A program made the position numbers and the translations under genes. A model generated the notes under the pieces. It saw only the letters and a program-made list of their open reading frames with translations, searched no databases and was not told where the DNA came from. This document shows positions 11,767 to 23,815 of a DNA stretch of 64,000 nucleotides, in pieces; the first letter of the stretch is position 1; each line of letters begins with the position of its first letter. This DNA comes from Marsupella aquatica (Eukaryota; Plantae; Marchantiophyta), in the NCBI GenBank assembly GCA_973895155.1, contig OZ316897.1, forward strand, positions 15,561,375-15,625,374, read 5' to 3'.

Positions 11767-14700
11767 ATATACGTATGACAAGATAGACAGATCACGCGCA
11801 TGGGAATTTACAACAAGACGAATAACGCAAACCAATACAACTAATAAGGGTTCTCAACTTTCTGTATTCCTTATCCATTGTGGAAATATCTTTCGAATCA
11901 GCCACACAAACGGAACAGGGAACGGCACGAAAATGGCCGACAGTCTGTACCTCAGTTTCTGAGCACCAACGTCTAGATCAATAGATAGCTTTGATGTACT
12001 ATTTTGGCTGGGTCGCTCCCTTGTCCTAGTCATTCTCGCTGGGAGAATTATCATGCTGCTATCCCGTTCCCTTCAATCTGCGGCGAATCTGCTATTTACT
12101 GCCAGGCAACCACTGTCATGACTTTTGTGCCTGGCAGTGTCTATCCTAGCCGTTACCATGCAGACCGTCTCCAGATTTCATGGCCTGTCCTCGCCAACGT
12201 CCACGCCACTGACTTCTGAAAGCTACAGAGTTCCAAATTTCCAGCCAATAACCTTTTCTCCATGTCGATGACTGTAACGTAGACTTGTGATAAGATCCAT
12301 TCCAGCAAAATGCTTTGACTTAAATTTAAGCTCTCTTAGCCTTTGCTGTGCCAACAATTACCAGCTCTTATGTACAAGCTCGAGCAGTGAAACGATTTGG
12401 CTTTGGCACGGTTCAATTCAGTCGTGATCGATCCAATTGGCGCAGAGGCTCCTTCTCTGCGAATGCTCATGACTGTAGAATATCATCAGAATTCATGGTT
12501 ACGTCGACATGTTTAATTTAGCTAAAAAATATGTTGCTAGTATATACGTTAGCCGGATTGAAACCCTTTTCAGCCCAGGAATTCTAGAAGAGACTGTTCC
12601 GGCTCAAATATATACTAAGCTAGTGGCATATGACATAATTAAATAACACCTGGAAAGAAATCACGACACATATAATATAATCCTGAAACCTATGGTAGGT
12701 CATTAGCAGAAGCTCCGGAGAGTTACAGCTGAAGCTGCGGAAGATAATGAAAGAAAGGAAGTCCATGCCTCAGCATGCAGCACCCAAAGAATTCGGGCTG
12801 TCTCGTCAATTGCAGTGTAAATTCATATTCATTTATAGTGTTTTTACCCCCGCTTGACTCGCCGTCTGACAAATTAGTCAAGGTCGGCATGCAGTGAAAT
12901 ATGTGGGCTGATATATCATATGAGTGAGATGTGTGGGCTGACAGAATCATGACCAAACCCAAACGTTCTCTTGACTGCCTCTTCAATACTGAACTCACAC
13001 AGGTTCATAGACGCAATGTGAATGCAAAACTATCAACGCCAATGAATCCGTAGTAGCAATGTCACTGAAACTGTCGGTATTGGGAATTCGAAATTGATCT
13101 TCACAGGTCTAACCTATGCCATACTACTCTGGATAAAACTCTTAAATACCTTGGTTCCCACTGGGACACGATAGTGAACTTGCTAGAATGAACTTCAATG
13201 AATGAACTTCAATGAAAATAAGTGAATCGGAAAATCGAGGCAAGAACACTTCAAAGCCGTTGGCCAAATTGTAAATCAAATGGGAAGACCAGATTCGATC
13301 TGATTGTAGCTCGAGCAGTCCACAAATCTCAGTCTATAGCGGATAAATTTTATCCAGTAGCAAATTATATGTTCTGTCTCTCTGCAATGAACCTCTGTCC
13401 TCAAATTTCCTATGCAACCAATAAGCAACAGAAGTATGATGTAATTTGCACCAAGTTTTTCATTCGAAAGGTCTAGTCGGGGATTTAGTACTTGAATCTG
13501 GATCTGAATTACATGATCGATTCACTTTAATTTCACAAGGTAAAATTATCACGTCTTTGAAATCAAATTTATCCTATACCTTATGTGGGGCTTTATCTAG
13601 TTTGATGTTGGTGTTTATAAATCCTATTTACGAGAAAATACATCATAGAGAATTTGTATTTTCCCTGGTAATAAGTGGAAATTGCCAAATCTCTTGTGTT
13701 CATATGGAAGTTTGCAGACTTACCAACAAACACTAATATTACCCATAAATCTTTAGCCAGAGCATCAATTTTGGGCTACCAAACAGTGTCATTGAGTTCT
13801 AAATGGGTAGTGATTCACGCATGGATGCGTGCACTCTGTTCAAAAATGAAATTGCGCACAACAAAAATCAGAATCTGACCCTTGGAGCAAAAATTAGCTA
13901 TTTCTCCAGGGAATTTTGCCTACCTAAACCTCATCTGCTGTGCCTTTGAAATGTCTGAAGATGATTCAGTCAGCTTAAGTCTCTTCCCAAAAGCTTGCAA
14001 TTGTGGACGATCAGGTTTGACAGTGCAAAACATTGTTTTTATGCCTTTCCTGACCCAATTCCTGAACATGAATGTTTAAATACCAGCATAGTATTTAATA
14101 ATTAGACTAGTATGAAAGTTTGAATTGGCTGCCATTGCAAAACTATGACCTTCCAAAACTGGTGGGCTAAAACATATGCAGGCCGTTTTGGGAAATGGGG
14201 AAGAAACTAATTCTAGGCGCCATGCCTGAAATATTGTGTACGACAGAAAATAGCCCAGAAGACATGTATTCGTAGAAATAGGTCACTCACTGTTGGGATA
14301 GGTCACGAACACATGTATTAGCCAGGTATCAGCAAAATAATAGCAAAGCTAAACTGAGAAAACCTTTTGTTCTCGAAAATTTGAAATGGCCACCTGCAAA
14401 AGTCTGGAAGCATGCAAATAACGACCAAAGATTGCCACCTAAGTTACTACTATGCTAAGTGTTCTTGCAGAGTAAGGAAGTCGGGAAAGAAGTGCATCAA
14501 GGAGATGAGGTTTCTTCTTTGTAGTAGATAGTTGTGTGGCTTCAACACTACCTTAGTCCCGTCTCTGTTTGCCCAAGAATTAATTAATTATTAAAATCTT
14601 GGTTGGATCCAAAATATTTGGGGGTACGTTCTTGTGAGCCAAGAAGTACTTTTGTGCTGTAAATTTACAGAATGTTCTGAGCATTCTGGTGTAAACAGGG

Positions 14701-17163
14701 TGTAAACACTGACTTGCAGAGTGCATTGTTTTTAAGCTTTTTAAGATTAAATAGAAATTAGTACTCTCACCTTTCATTATTACATAACATGAAATAGTGA
14801 ATGCTACCTGCGCAAGCCTGGATGGCACTAAGGCAATTTGGGTAGTTGGGAGTTGAGTGTGTTGTTATGGCATTACGACTACAGAATGATGGCAACTACA
14901 GTAGTAGAACAGTGTAAGCCAGCAACCACTCTAGACATTGCAGATCTATATATGTGAATGAGCTCCCACACTTTTGAAAGTAACTATTATTTCTCATTCT
15001 CTTTTTCTTTTCTCCAAAGAATAAGACCTGGCACTTCACTTACTATGAAAAAGGGCAATCCATGATGTCTTTACAACCTACCCCCTTGGGCTGACAATGC
15101 AAGGGAAAGGAAGCTGCCTCTGTCCACTATGAACACTTGGGGGTCATGTAAATGCTAGGGACTACCAAATAATGAAAGGGGCCAGGTACGGAGCTATATG
15201 AGTATATTGGCAGCATTTTTACTCAAGATAGGGAAGGTTAGGGTCAATGAACTCAGGAACAAACCATAGCCTAACGAGCAGTAGTTGCCCATTGCCCACC
15301 ATTATACCTCCTAAACAAAGTGCCCCCACCCCTTGCTTCAGTAGTCAACAGATTTGGAACCTGGAAGGCAAACATTTCAACAACTAGCCCAAATACCCAT
15401 CAGTACATATAATTACACATGAAGGGCTTTATGTACCTACTAGACTCCCCATGCTTGTGCCTATCACCAGCAAAGTCTAAACATCAAGATTTTTGCTACC
15501 AGAGAAATTATGGCCACGCAGAAGTTATTAGGTCCTGTGTCGGCCAATGGGTTCACTCTAAGGTTAGTAGGTCATGAAGGGTAAGCTTAGATAGTGAATT
15601 CTATATATGTACGTTTCTATCTCAAATCTTTGAATGGGACTGAGTTGTCACCAAAGGAAAGTTTCTGACTTGCCATGCATGATTGTTTGTTCGTTCCCTC
15701 CCAAGTAAAAGAAATTGATGATTGAGACAGATGGAAATAGGAACTCGAGCAGCTATCATAAGTCAAAAGAAAAAGGTCCAACCATGCAATGAAGGAAATG
15801 ACTGTTAGTTACAGTAGCTGGAGATACTAAAGGAAAGACTGAATATGCACAACAATAACGTCTAAGTAACCAGGGGGGGGGGGGGAATCTCACATGAACA
15901 GTAGCCAATATCTGGAATTATGGAATAAGTGAAGTTGAACCTACTAAAGACATTTGACCGTGGAACTCAAATGGACCTAGTAGCTTCTGCGACCAAAAAG
16001 TGGGATCGTTCAGTCACACAGAGGAAAGATAGCATTGAGATCAGAGCAATGTTTGAAAATGGTCCATTCAAGCTGTTTGTCAAATGTTGTGGTCAATCTC
16101 TTGGGGTCTCACCTAATGGAGGTCTCCCTATCTCCTGGAACGTTTTGAGGCCTGAGTCGGACCCCATAACATGTAAGATAAAAAATAGTGTTTAAATTTT
16201 ATTTACTAAATTACACAATCATTGGAATATTCCAGAAAATTTGATTAAAAATTAGAAGTCTCAAAATTGTATTTAAAATACCAGATATTCAATCTTCAAA
16301 AACAATTCTCGAGTCTTCCCTATGCTTTGTCACACATGATGTGTCCAGTTGTGTACGTGAAATCCCAAGGTCAGTCTGAACTTGCAATTAATTAAAATGA
16401 GCGTGAACAATCCATAATTATTGAGGGGAGATGAAAAAGTATGAGTAGGTATACTCTCGTCGATAGCCTTTCATGACAATTGCAGAATTCTGTATCCATT
16501 AATCTTTCCTGGACAGTAGAGTACAGCTACACTAGGTTAAGAACTTGGAATCAACTCTAGGAATAGACCTTTGGGATGGATTAGAGTGTCTCAAACCTCT
16601 ATTTTGATGGACCTGAGACTCAATAGTTAAGGTTACAGACAGAAAAAATTATGAACTACCAAATTTATAGTCCATAACTTTTTGCCATATAGATTGGTTA
16701 TATGCCATGACAATAAATCACTGCAAAGGCTTGTGAGAAAAAACAAGAAGAAACTTCTACATAATTCTGTGAGAAAACTTTGGCCATTGGTTTATGGCCA
16801 AAATAGTCCGTAACTTACTGTGGAACTTTAAGACGCCCCATTGCATGCATCCAGGAAGTGGAGTACTATAGTCTCTAACCAGGTCCATGACTAATGAGAA
16901 GAATTTTAGTCAGAAACGATTGAACTGTAACTGTAGATTAGTAACCTGTGATGTACATATCATTCCTTGTTCTCATGATTTATCCCTACAGTAGCCCTCC
17001 TGTCAATCTCCAGGGTATGTTCTAACCCTCCTTGGCATTAATTTTTTGTAGCATATCTTTTTGCATGTGTGCTCTATTATTCCCAACTACCCCAGCTCGC
17101 ATAATGATTCCACATTTTGAGGTCGCAACACTACAGTAGTTACTTCAGTTGTTCATTGAGTAA

Positions 17164-17453
17164 GGGTGGCTTTACAAGACTTCGTTTCCTTTTATTCTCT
17201 CAGAGATTAAATCTGGATAGCATAATGAGTGTAAAAGGCTACAGTTGACTGTACAAGAACTAGGCCCAAGAAATTACTATTGTGGAATGCTTTATTTGTG
17301 GACAAGTTTAGACCACCTTTGGACGGGGTCCAAACATTTTCAAACTTTGGCTCATTCAGGGAATTTGCATTTATTGAAGTGCATTTCAAAAGGTATTGGG
17401 TTTAGAGTCCATCTTCTGAACAAAAAGTGCCCTTGTTTCTTGTAAAGCCACCC
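17164..17453. mobile_element. Tourist (PIF/Harbinger) MITE, 290 bp
   Basis: 16-bp TIR GGGTGGCTTTACAAGA / TCTTGTAAAGCCACCC, flanked by TAA on both sides (17161-17163 and 17454-17456). Confidence 0.9.
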
Positions 17454-17860
17454 TAAGTCCCCTTTCTCAAGACAACAAAAAGCTAACCGTGGTCAACTGC
17501 CTGTGGACCTCAAAGACCCCAGGGTCAAGAAAGCAAGACAATTTGTGACTTGCAAGTCTTCCCCAGGGAGCTCTAGTTTCGAAGGGATGGACATCACACG
17601 GTTGAATTAAGGTGAACTTCAACTTTTCACTTTTGATTCTCAGTCATTTGACAACTGTAGTAGTGAGAGAGGAGAAGAAGCTGAGTTACTTGGACCTAAG
17701 TGGACCTTAAGGTCAAAAGTGCAGGACAGCAATTTCTCTAGAGTCCTACAAGGAAGCCCTACAAATATTTTCAAAAAGATCCCATGATTTCTGTTTTCAC
17801 CTTTGATTTGTAGATAAATGGTTCATTTACAGACTTTGGACTAGTTGACTTGGAATTAAC

Positions 17861-19368
17861 TCCTATAATACAAGGTTGCGCCTTTTTATGCAGTGGTAGT
17901 CATTCAAAAATAGAGGGCCAAGAAAAGAAATAATCAATATACAGAATGGATAAAACCAAAAGAAAATGAAATACAGTGTGGACCAAAAGTACGGAAGATC
18001 TTTTCACACAAAAAGAGAATAAATGGTGGAGACAAAAGACAAAAAATGTAACTAACTCTCTTGCATGTACTTCTCACACAAAAAAGAATCTAATGGTGGA
18101 GACAAAAGACAAAAATATAACTAAACTATCATAAGTCACTATGGATAAATGTATATTTAAATGAATATATATACATTTATAAACTCAAGAAAATATGGGA
18201 ACAAATCCTAGCCCTTAATTAAAAATTTGTTTTTCTGCAACCGTAGGATCCATCCATTCCTCTGTTAAACTCAATACCTCTGCCCAAGCTACCCACAACC
18301 TACCTAAACCCGACCAAGATAAAATATTAATCCAATATTAATTAAAAACTAATTGTTAAAATTGTTACTTAAAGAATTGGATATTAATCTTAAAGTTTTG
18401 GAAAAAACTTGAGTACAAATAAAATACATACAATATTAATTTCTAAAAATTTAAAATAAAAAATAGATTTTTCTATCACTCAGTTGTGCTTGGACTCGAT
18501 GTTGTGGTGACCATTATCTCGTGACGTCAATTTCTATGTGCAATGCACGAGTTGTTAAACACCACTACAACAACTCTACCTTACCTTGACACATTTTTCT
18601 TATCTCGCCATTTTTTCTCACATTGACATTTTTATCTCTCGACAACAATTTTTGATCACCCTCGACATCTTTTAGGTCCTTATTTTTGTTTTTCTTCTCA
18701 ATATAGTTTCTCACCTAACTTGAATCTTTTTCTCACCCCCACATCTTTTCTCATCTTGACACGGGTCTTGACATCTTTATCTCAGCACAACATCTTTCTC
18801 TCCTCAACATCTTGTTCTCACCTCGCCATGTTTTTTCTGTCCTTGACATCTTTTTTCACCTTGACTTCTTTATCTCACCTCAACATATTTTTCTCTCATT
18901 GACATAATTATGTTTTCATTTCGATATCTAATCTTTTTCTCACCTTCACATTTTTATCTCACCACAACATCTTTCCCTCACATTCTGACATATTTTCCTC
19001 ATCTTCACATGTTTTTCTCACATTGCCATCTTTTCTCTCCTTCACATCTTTTTCTTCACCCCAACTTCTTTTTCTCACTGACCTCAACATCTATTTTCAC
19101 CTTGACATCTTTTTCTCACCACACCATCTTTTGTGCAACTTTTGTCTTAACAACATCTTTCCTACTTAACAACAACTTTTCTCTTAACAACATCTTGGGC
19201 AACGTGATGTCTCTTTTCTTAATGATATCTTGGTTGACACAATTCAATATCTTTTTTCTTAAGGACATATTGGGTGACACAATATTTTTTTTCTTAAGTA
19301 CATCTTGGGTGTCACGACATCTTTTTTCTTAATGACATCTTTTGTGCAATGCACGGGTATTGAGCTAG
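17861..19368 (+). mobile_element. Non-autonomous Helitron, copy A, with internal minisatellite arrays
   Basis: 5' TCCTATAATAC. 3' hairpin GTGCAATGCAC followed by GGGTATTGAG-CTAG|T. No TSD. Internal ~19-20-bp arrays (TTTTCTCACCTCGACATCT-like) and ~29-bp arrays (TTTTCTTAACGACATCTTGGGTGACAC-like). Homologous to 60928-62676 in inverted orientation. Confidence 0.85.
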
Positions 19369-20449
19369 TGACCCTCTAGAACTCAGATGGGACTCATCCA
19401 TCCAATTGGTCCAGTGGGACCCATTCAACCCCGCTATCGGTTTAATTTGACCATGCACTTTTGTCAGCGGATTTCAGTGACATTTAAGCGTACGTGCTCA
19501 AGGCTGAGCAATTTATCGTTGATCTCCCAACGTGGGTGCTAGTGTGCCTCCGCAGAGGCTTGCCCCCTTGGAAGACATCCATACATCACTTGCAGATTTA
19601 GTTATGACACCAAAGGTGTACCATTAGCTAATGACACATTTGTTTTAGCTGTGGACTACTGGTTCATCACACTGGTGAAGCCTGAGCTTGTTTTTTCCAT
19701 TATTTTTTCCTTCTTCATCCTCCTGGGTGTTGGGGTTGCATTTGCCTCTTGGTTTAGTGTTTGGTGTTTCTACTCTTTTGCGCAGTTAACTCTCTTTAAG
19801 TGCATGATCTCGGGAAGATGGAATCAGCATGCACTAAACCAGGTATTGTATTCCTTGAGAAGCCTACACCCCCTAAAAAGTGCACTTAACATTGATAAGT
19901 GTACCTGATTTACGTGCTTTGTGAAATGTGTGATGGGCCCCTCCATCAGTAAGCAGCCTTGTACCTTGTATCCCTGCCCTAAATTCTGTGTCCAAACTCC
20001 CTAAAAGTGCATCATTAACACTACTAAGAAAGGGCATGCATTTTTCAGTAAATGCAATGTTAAGGGATTGTGCATTTACCAATAAGTGCATATAAACACT
20101 TCTCAAGTAACCACTTATAAAGTTATTTTTTAGTGAAATGATTCCAGGACTCTGTGCCCTCAGGTAAAATCGTTATCTAAAAAATGTGTTATTCAGTGTA
20201 AAATAAAAGGGAAGAACGTGATGCCCTGCTCTTAACCAGGTAATGCGCTTAATGAGTGTGCACTTAGACACAGCCGACAACTGCACTTTGTTACCTCCTT
20301 TTTGTATAAATTATGGTCCTTTCTTGTGTTTCAAACGCATCAGATAATTCATTCTGCTTAACAAGACATTTATTGGCCCGAACCCTACTATTGCTGTTGT
20401 TGCAGTCACAATATACTATGCTCCCGGAAACGCCCATGTCTTTTCCCTG

Positions 20450-20960
20450 AAGAATCGTCAATTCATGCGATCACAATCTCTAGCTGCAGTAATCCACTGC
20501 GAACGGCTCCTTTCCCAAAGTGCGAGAGACGGATCGATCGATTCTAAATTGAGTTCCCAACTGTCAGCTCACATTCAATACTTCAGAGCCTCGGACGTTT
20601 GGTTAACGAGTTTCATCAACTGTTAGAAACTGCCGCGGATGTTACTTTTCGGTTTGATATATTCCAGGCTGCGCGCTGCATTTGAGATCCTGCCGATCAA
20701 TTGATCGAAATTCGAGACGACGGGAGCTTCAACGCTTCGATCCCACAACTATGGTGAAGTTTGAATGAACCTGCTGATCGAGGCGGAGAATTGAAAAGTC
20801 CAGAGCTCTCCAAACGTGTGGGTCCTCCATACGGTTGTGGTGACGCTTCACAGTGGTTTTAAGTCTTGGTCATGTTGAGCGACGGGAGTCTATAAGTTGA
20901 AGGCTCTGTTTGTTGAGGGCGGCGATCAAACGAGGTAATCAAGGACGGTGAGGAGCTAGC
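20450..20960 (-). pseudogene. Possible F-box/LRR (FBW2/SKIP19-like) gene relic
   Basis: Minus-strand fragments 'MEDPHVWRALDFSILRLD' (resembling an F-box C-terminal end) and 'SEVLNVS' (LRR-like) lie among stops and frameshifts. The evidence is weak. Confidence 0.25.
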
Positions 20961-22273
20961 GAAAAAGTTGGAGCTGGATCGAGGCAAGGTTCTCGATCCT
21001 ACGTGTGCTCAGAATGCGAAATTATGCAATGCACATTATGATGAGGAGATCGAGAAAGTAGTGTGGTACCTGCTGCCACAGGCACTCTACTTTACGTCTA
21101 CTATCATGAGTGCGCACCAACTACTGCGCCTAGCTTCCTTCCCATTTGCCGCAAAGTTAGCTTAGCTGTTCTAAAACTCTCGAGCCGAAATATACGGGGA
21201 CCGAGGAGGCTCGGAGGCTTGCAGACGTACTACTACTGATCATCGGTGAAGAGCGACAGCAGTCGCGAGGGGTTGTGTCCGCTCTGAGAATAAGACGCGG
21301 CTGGCTCGAAAACCCTTGCGTGGTGTACTGGTGTTGCCAAGCAACGTACGGTGAGTTACTTTTCCATTCCAATGGTCCGTGGTTGTTGTGTGAGTGAGTG
21401 GCTGCCTTGCACGCACTGTCATGAACTTTTCCCATAGGACCCATCGAGAGGACCGCCTTTATCCCTTCGGCCCCTCGACTGACAGTATTCTGTCGCTCCA
21501 GTCTCCTCCTTTTTGGAGTGCATGTGCGGTCGATTGCATGTATGGATGACCTACAGAGGCAGGTTGTAGTAGGACTATCTCTCTAGCCAGCGCCAAGAGT
21601 ATTCAGCTCTTCTGCGTTGGCCATCAATTTCACAACGCCACTGCAAAGACGAACAAGCTCATTAAGAAGGGTAAGGAGCTGGCTGGAGGGAGTAAGGAGA
21701 GTAACTAGCTTCTCCTCAAATATATTTCTCCCCTCGATCAATTGTCATAACCCCCATGCACACCGCATGAAGTGAAGCCTACTACTGCTGTCCAGCGACA
21801 CCATTCTGCAGTAGGATTTGCAAGTGTGGCGTGTGAGGGAATTGCATGATTTATTGTATGACTGTAGAGCTCATGCAGTAGCTCTAGCTGGAGCATGGAC
21901 AGCTCGCTTTGACATCAGTTTTCTGTTGTCAGATGGTGAATGTCTAGCTCGCCAGTTACGTACGATGGTGTCAGTAGAAGGCCTGTGATCGATGCCAGAC
22001 TGTGAAGAAACTGCTTCAGGCTAAAGGGGGAAAAGCTTCACCTTATGAACGTGATTCGAATTGTCAGGCAGGCAGCAATTCATTTTCTAGTGCTGTAATT
22101 CCTGCTGCCCAAACTGACAGTGTACGAGCTGCTGCTTCTGTAGCTGGCGGGATCGAGGCTGCTGTTTCACGTACCAGACAGTCTGTTGTTGGAAGCGTTT
22201 CTCATTGGCGGGCGGGTTCAGATCGATTTCGCTGCAACAATTTCGGTCCTGGCTAGCTGCAACGATTTTGGCA

Positions 22274-23815
22274 ATGAGGGCCATCATCCCTAGAGACACA
22301 ATGCAGCTGCTTGCTGCAGTCACGGTGGTGGTTCTTGTTGCGCTTGCACAGATCGAGGGTAGTCCGCAAGTGGCCCGGATAGATCTCATGCAATACCACC
22401 ATGAGAAGTCCCCTTATGCAACACCAAACCTATCCCTCCGGGATCGAGTCAAGATCGCTGTCGCGACCAGTTTGGAGCGGGCAGAATGGTTCAATTGGAA
22501 GATTTCGAAGGGTTCCAGGTTTTCAGCCAGCAAGGCCACCGTTCCCGTGTACTCGAATCAGGGAGATTACTTAATGAGGGTTAGCGTCGGCTCTCCTCCG
22601 CAAACGAAAGTTGCCATTGCGGACACTGGTAGTGATCTGTTCTGGTTGGAATGCAATTGCCTCTCCAGCTCCTCCTGCTTCCCCGAGCCGAATTCAGCAT
22701 TTAATCCCGCTACATCGTCGTCATTTGCCACAGTTACCTGCACTGATAGGCTGTGCTCGGTCCTCCCTAGTAGCGGGTGCACGTCCAACCTTCAGTGTGC
22801 GTACTTGTACAGGTTTGAGACATTCCCATGCCCCAAGGATCACACTTTTCTCTCTGCTACTACATAATGATTTCATCCAGGCAAGATTCAGGTTTACGAG
22901 ACGTGCTCTCCTTTTGCAATAATTAAATCTCTCCTCGATCAGTTAGTTAGCTTCTGGCTTTACAATTTGGCCATTTTGGTTTTTTGTGACACTTTGGATG
23001 GTCCCCGTGTGTACTTATCGATCGCTTGTATTTGCTCGTATAGCTATGGAGATCAGTCGACCACGCAAGGTATCTTGTCGTCCGATGTCCTCTCGTTGGG
23101 ATCTTCGAGCTCCACCGTCAGCTTCGGCTGTGGAGAGAGAAATCAAGGCACTTTCTTGAACACGGATGGGCTTGTCGGCCTCGGCCGGGGACCATCCTCC
23201 ATCGTCAGTCAGATAGGGATCAGTGCCTTCTCATACTGTTTGACCAGCTTCTACAGTGCCACATCGAAGACCAGCTCACTGTATCTCGGCGACGCTGGTG
23301 GCTCGTATGGCTACACTCCTCTCGCTTTCAACTCGGCAAATCCCACTTTCTACTACGTGAGTTTGAATGGGATCCTCGTCGATGGTAGCCCGCTGAGCAT
23401 TCCCCCAGGCACCTTTGCGATTGACTCTTCGGGTAGTGGTGGCTTCATCCTCGATTCGGGGACGACTCTCACTCAGCTCCAGATGGCGGCGTACAGCCCT
23501 CTCCTAAGCAAAGTTCAGTCCCTCATCACCTACCCTACAGTGGATGGTTCGACCGTGGGGCTCGATGCCTGCTACCACGCGGGAACATCCAGTCCCTCCT
23601 GGCCCTCGGTCACATTCCAGTTTCAAGGTGTGGATGTCGTTCTTCCGGGTGACAATCTATTCCTCCTATTGGACAACAATGGAGATTACTGCATGGCCAT
23701 TCAAGGGAGCGCATTCGGCTTCGGGATATTCGGCAATGTACAACAGCAGAACTTCAACATTAAATACGACGTAGGGAGCAACAGGGTTGGTTTTTCTGGA
23801 CCCACATCATGCTAA
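22274..23815 (+). CDS. Secreted atypical aspartic protease, pepsin family A1B (nepenthesin/CDR1-like), ~436 aa. Exons 22274-22812 and 23044-23815.
   Basis: Hydrophobic signal peptide. Catalytic motifs 'ADTGSDLFWLEC' and 'ILDSGTTLT', a Cys-rich insert, and 'GLVGLGRGPSS', 'FSYCL' and 'IFGNVQQQN'. A GT..AG intron at 22813-23043 joins 'CAYLY-S-YGDQSTTQG' in frame. An alternative start is at 22301. Confidence 0.93.

Noticed and set aside
18720-19332. F/S/L/H-rich ORFs that look like membrane proteins (also at 60987-61685)
   Set aside because: They are translations of pyrimidine-rich minisatellites.
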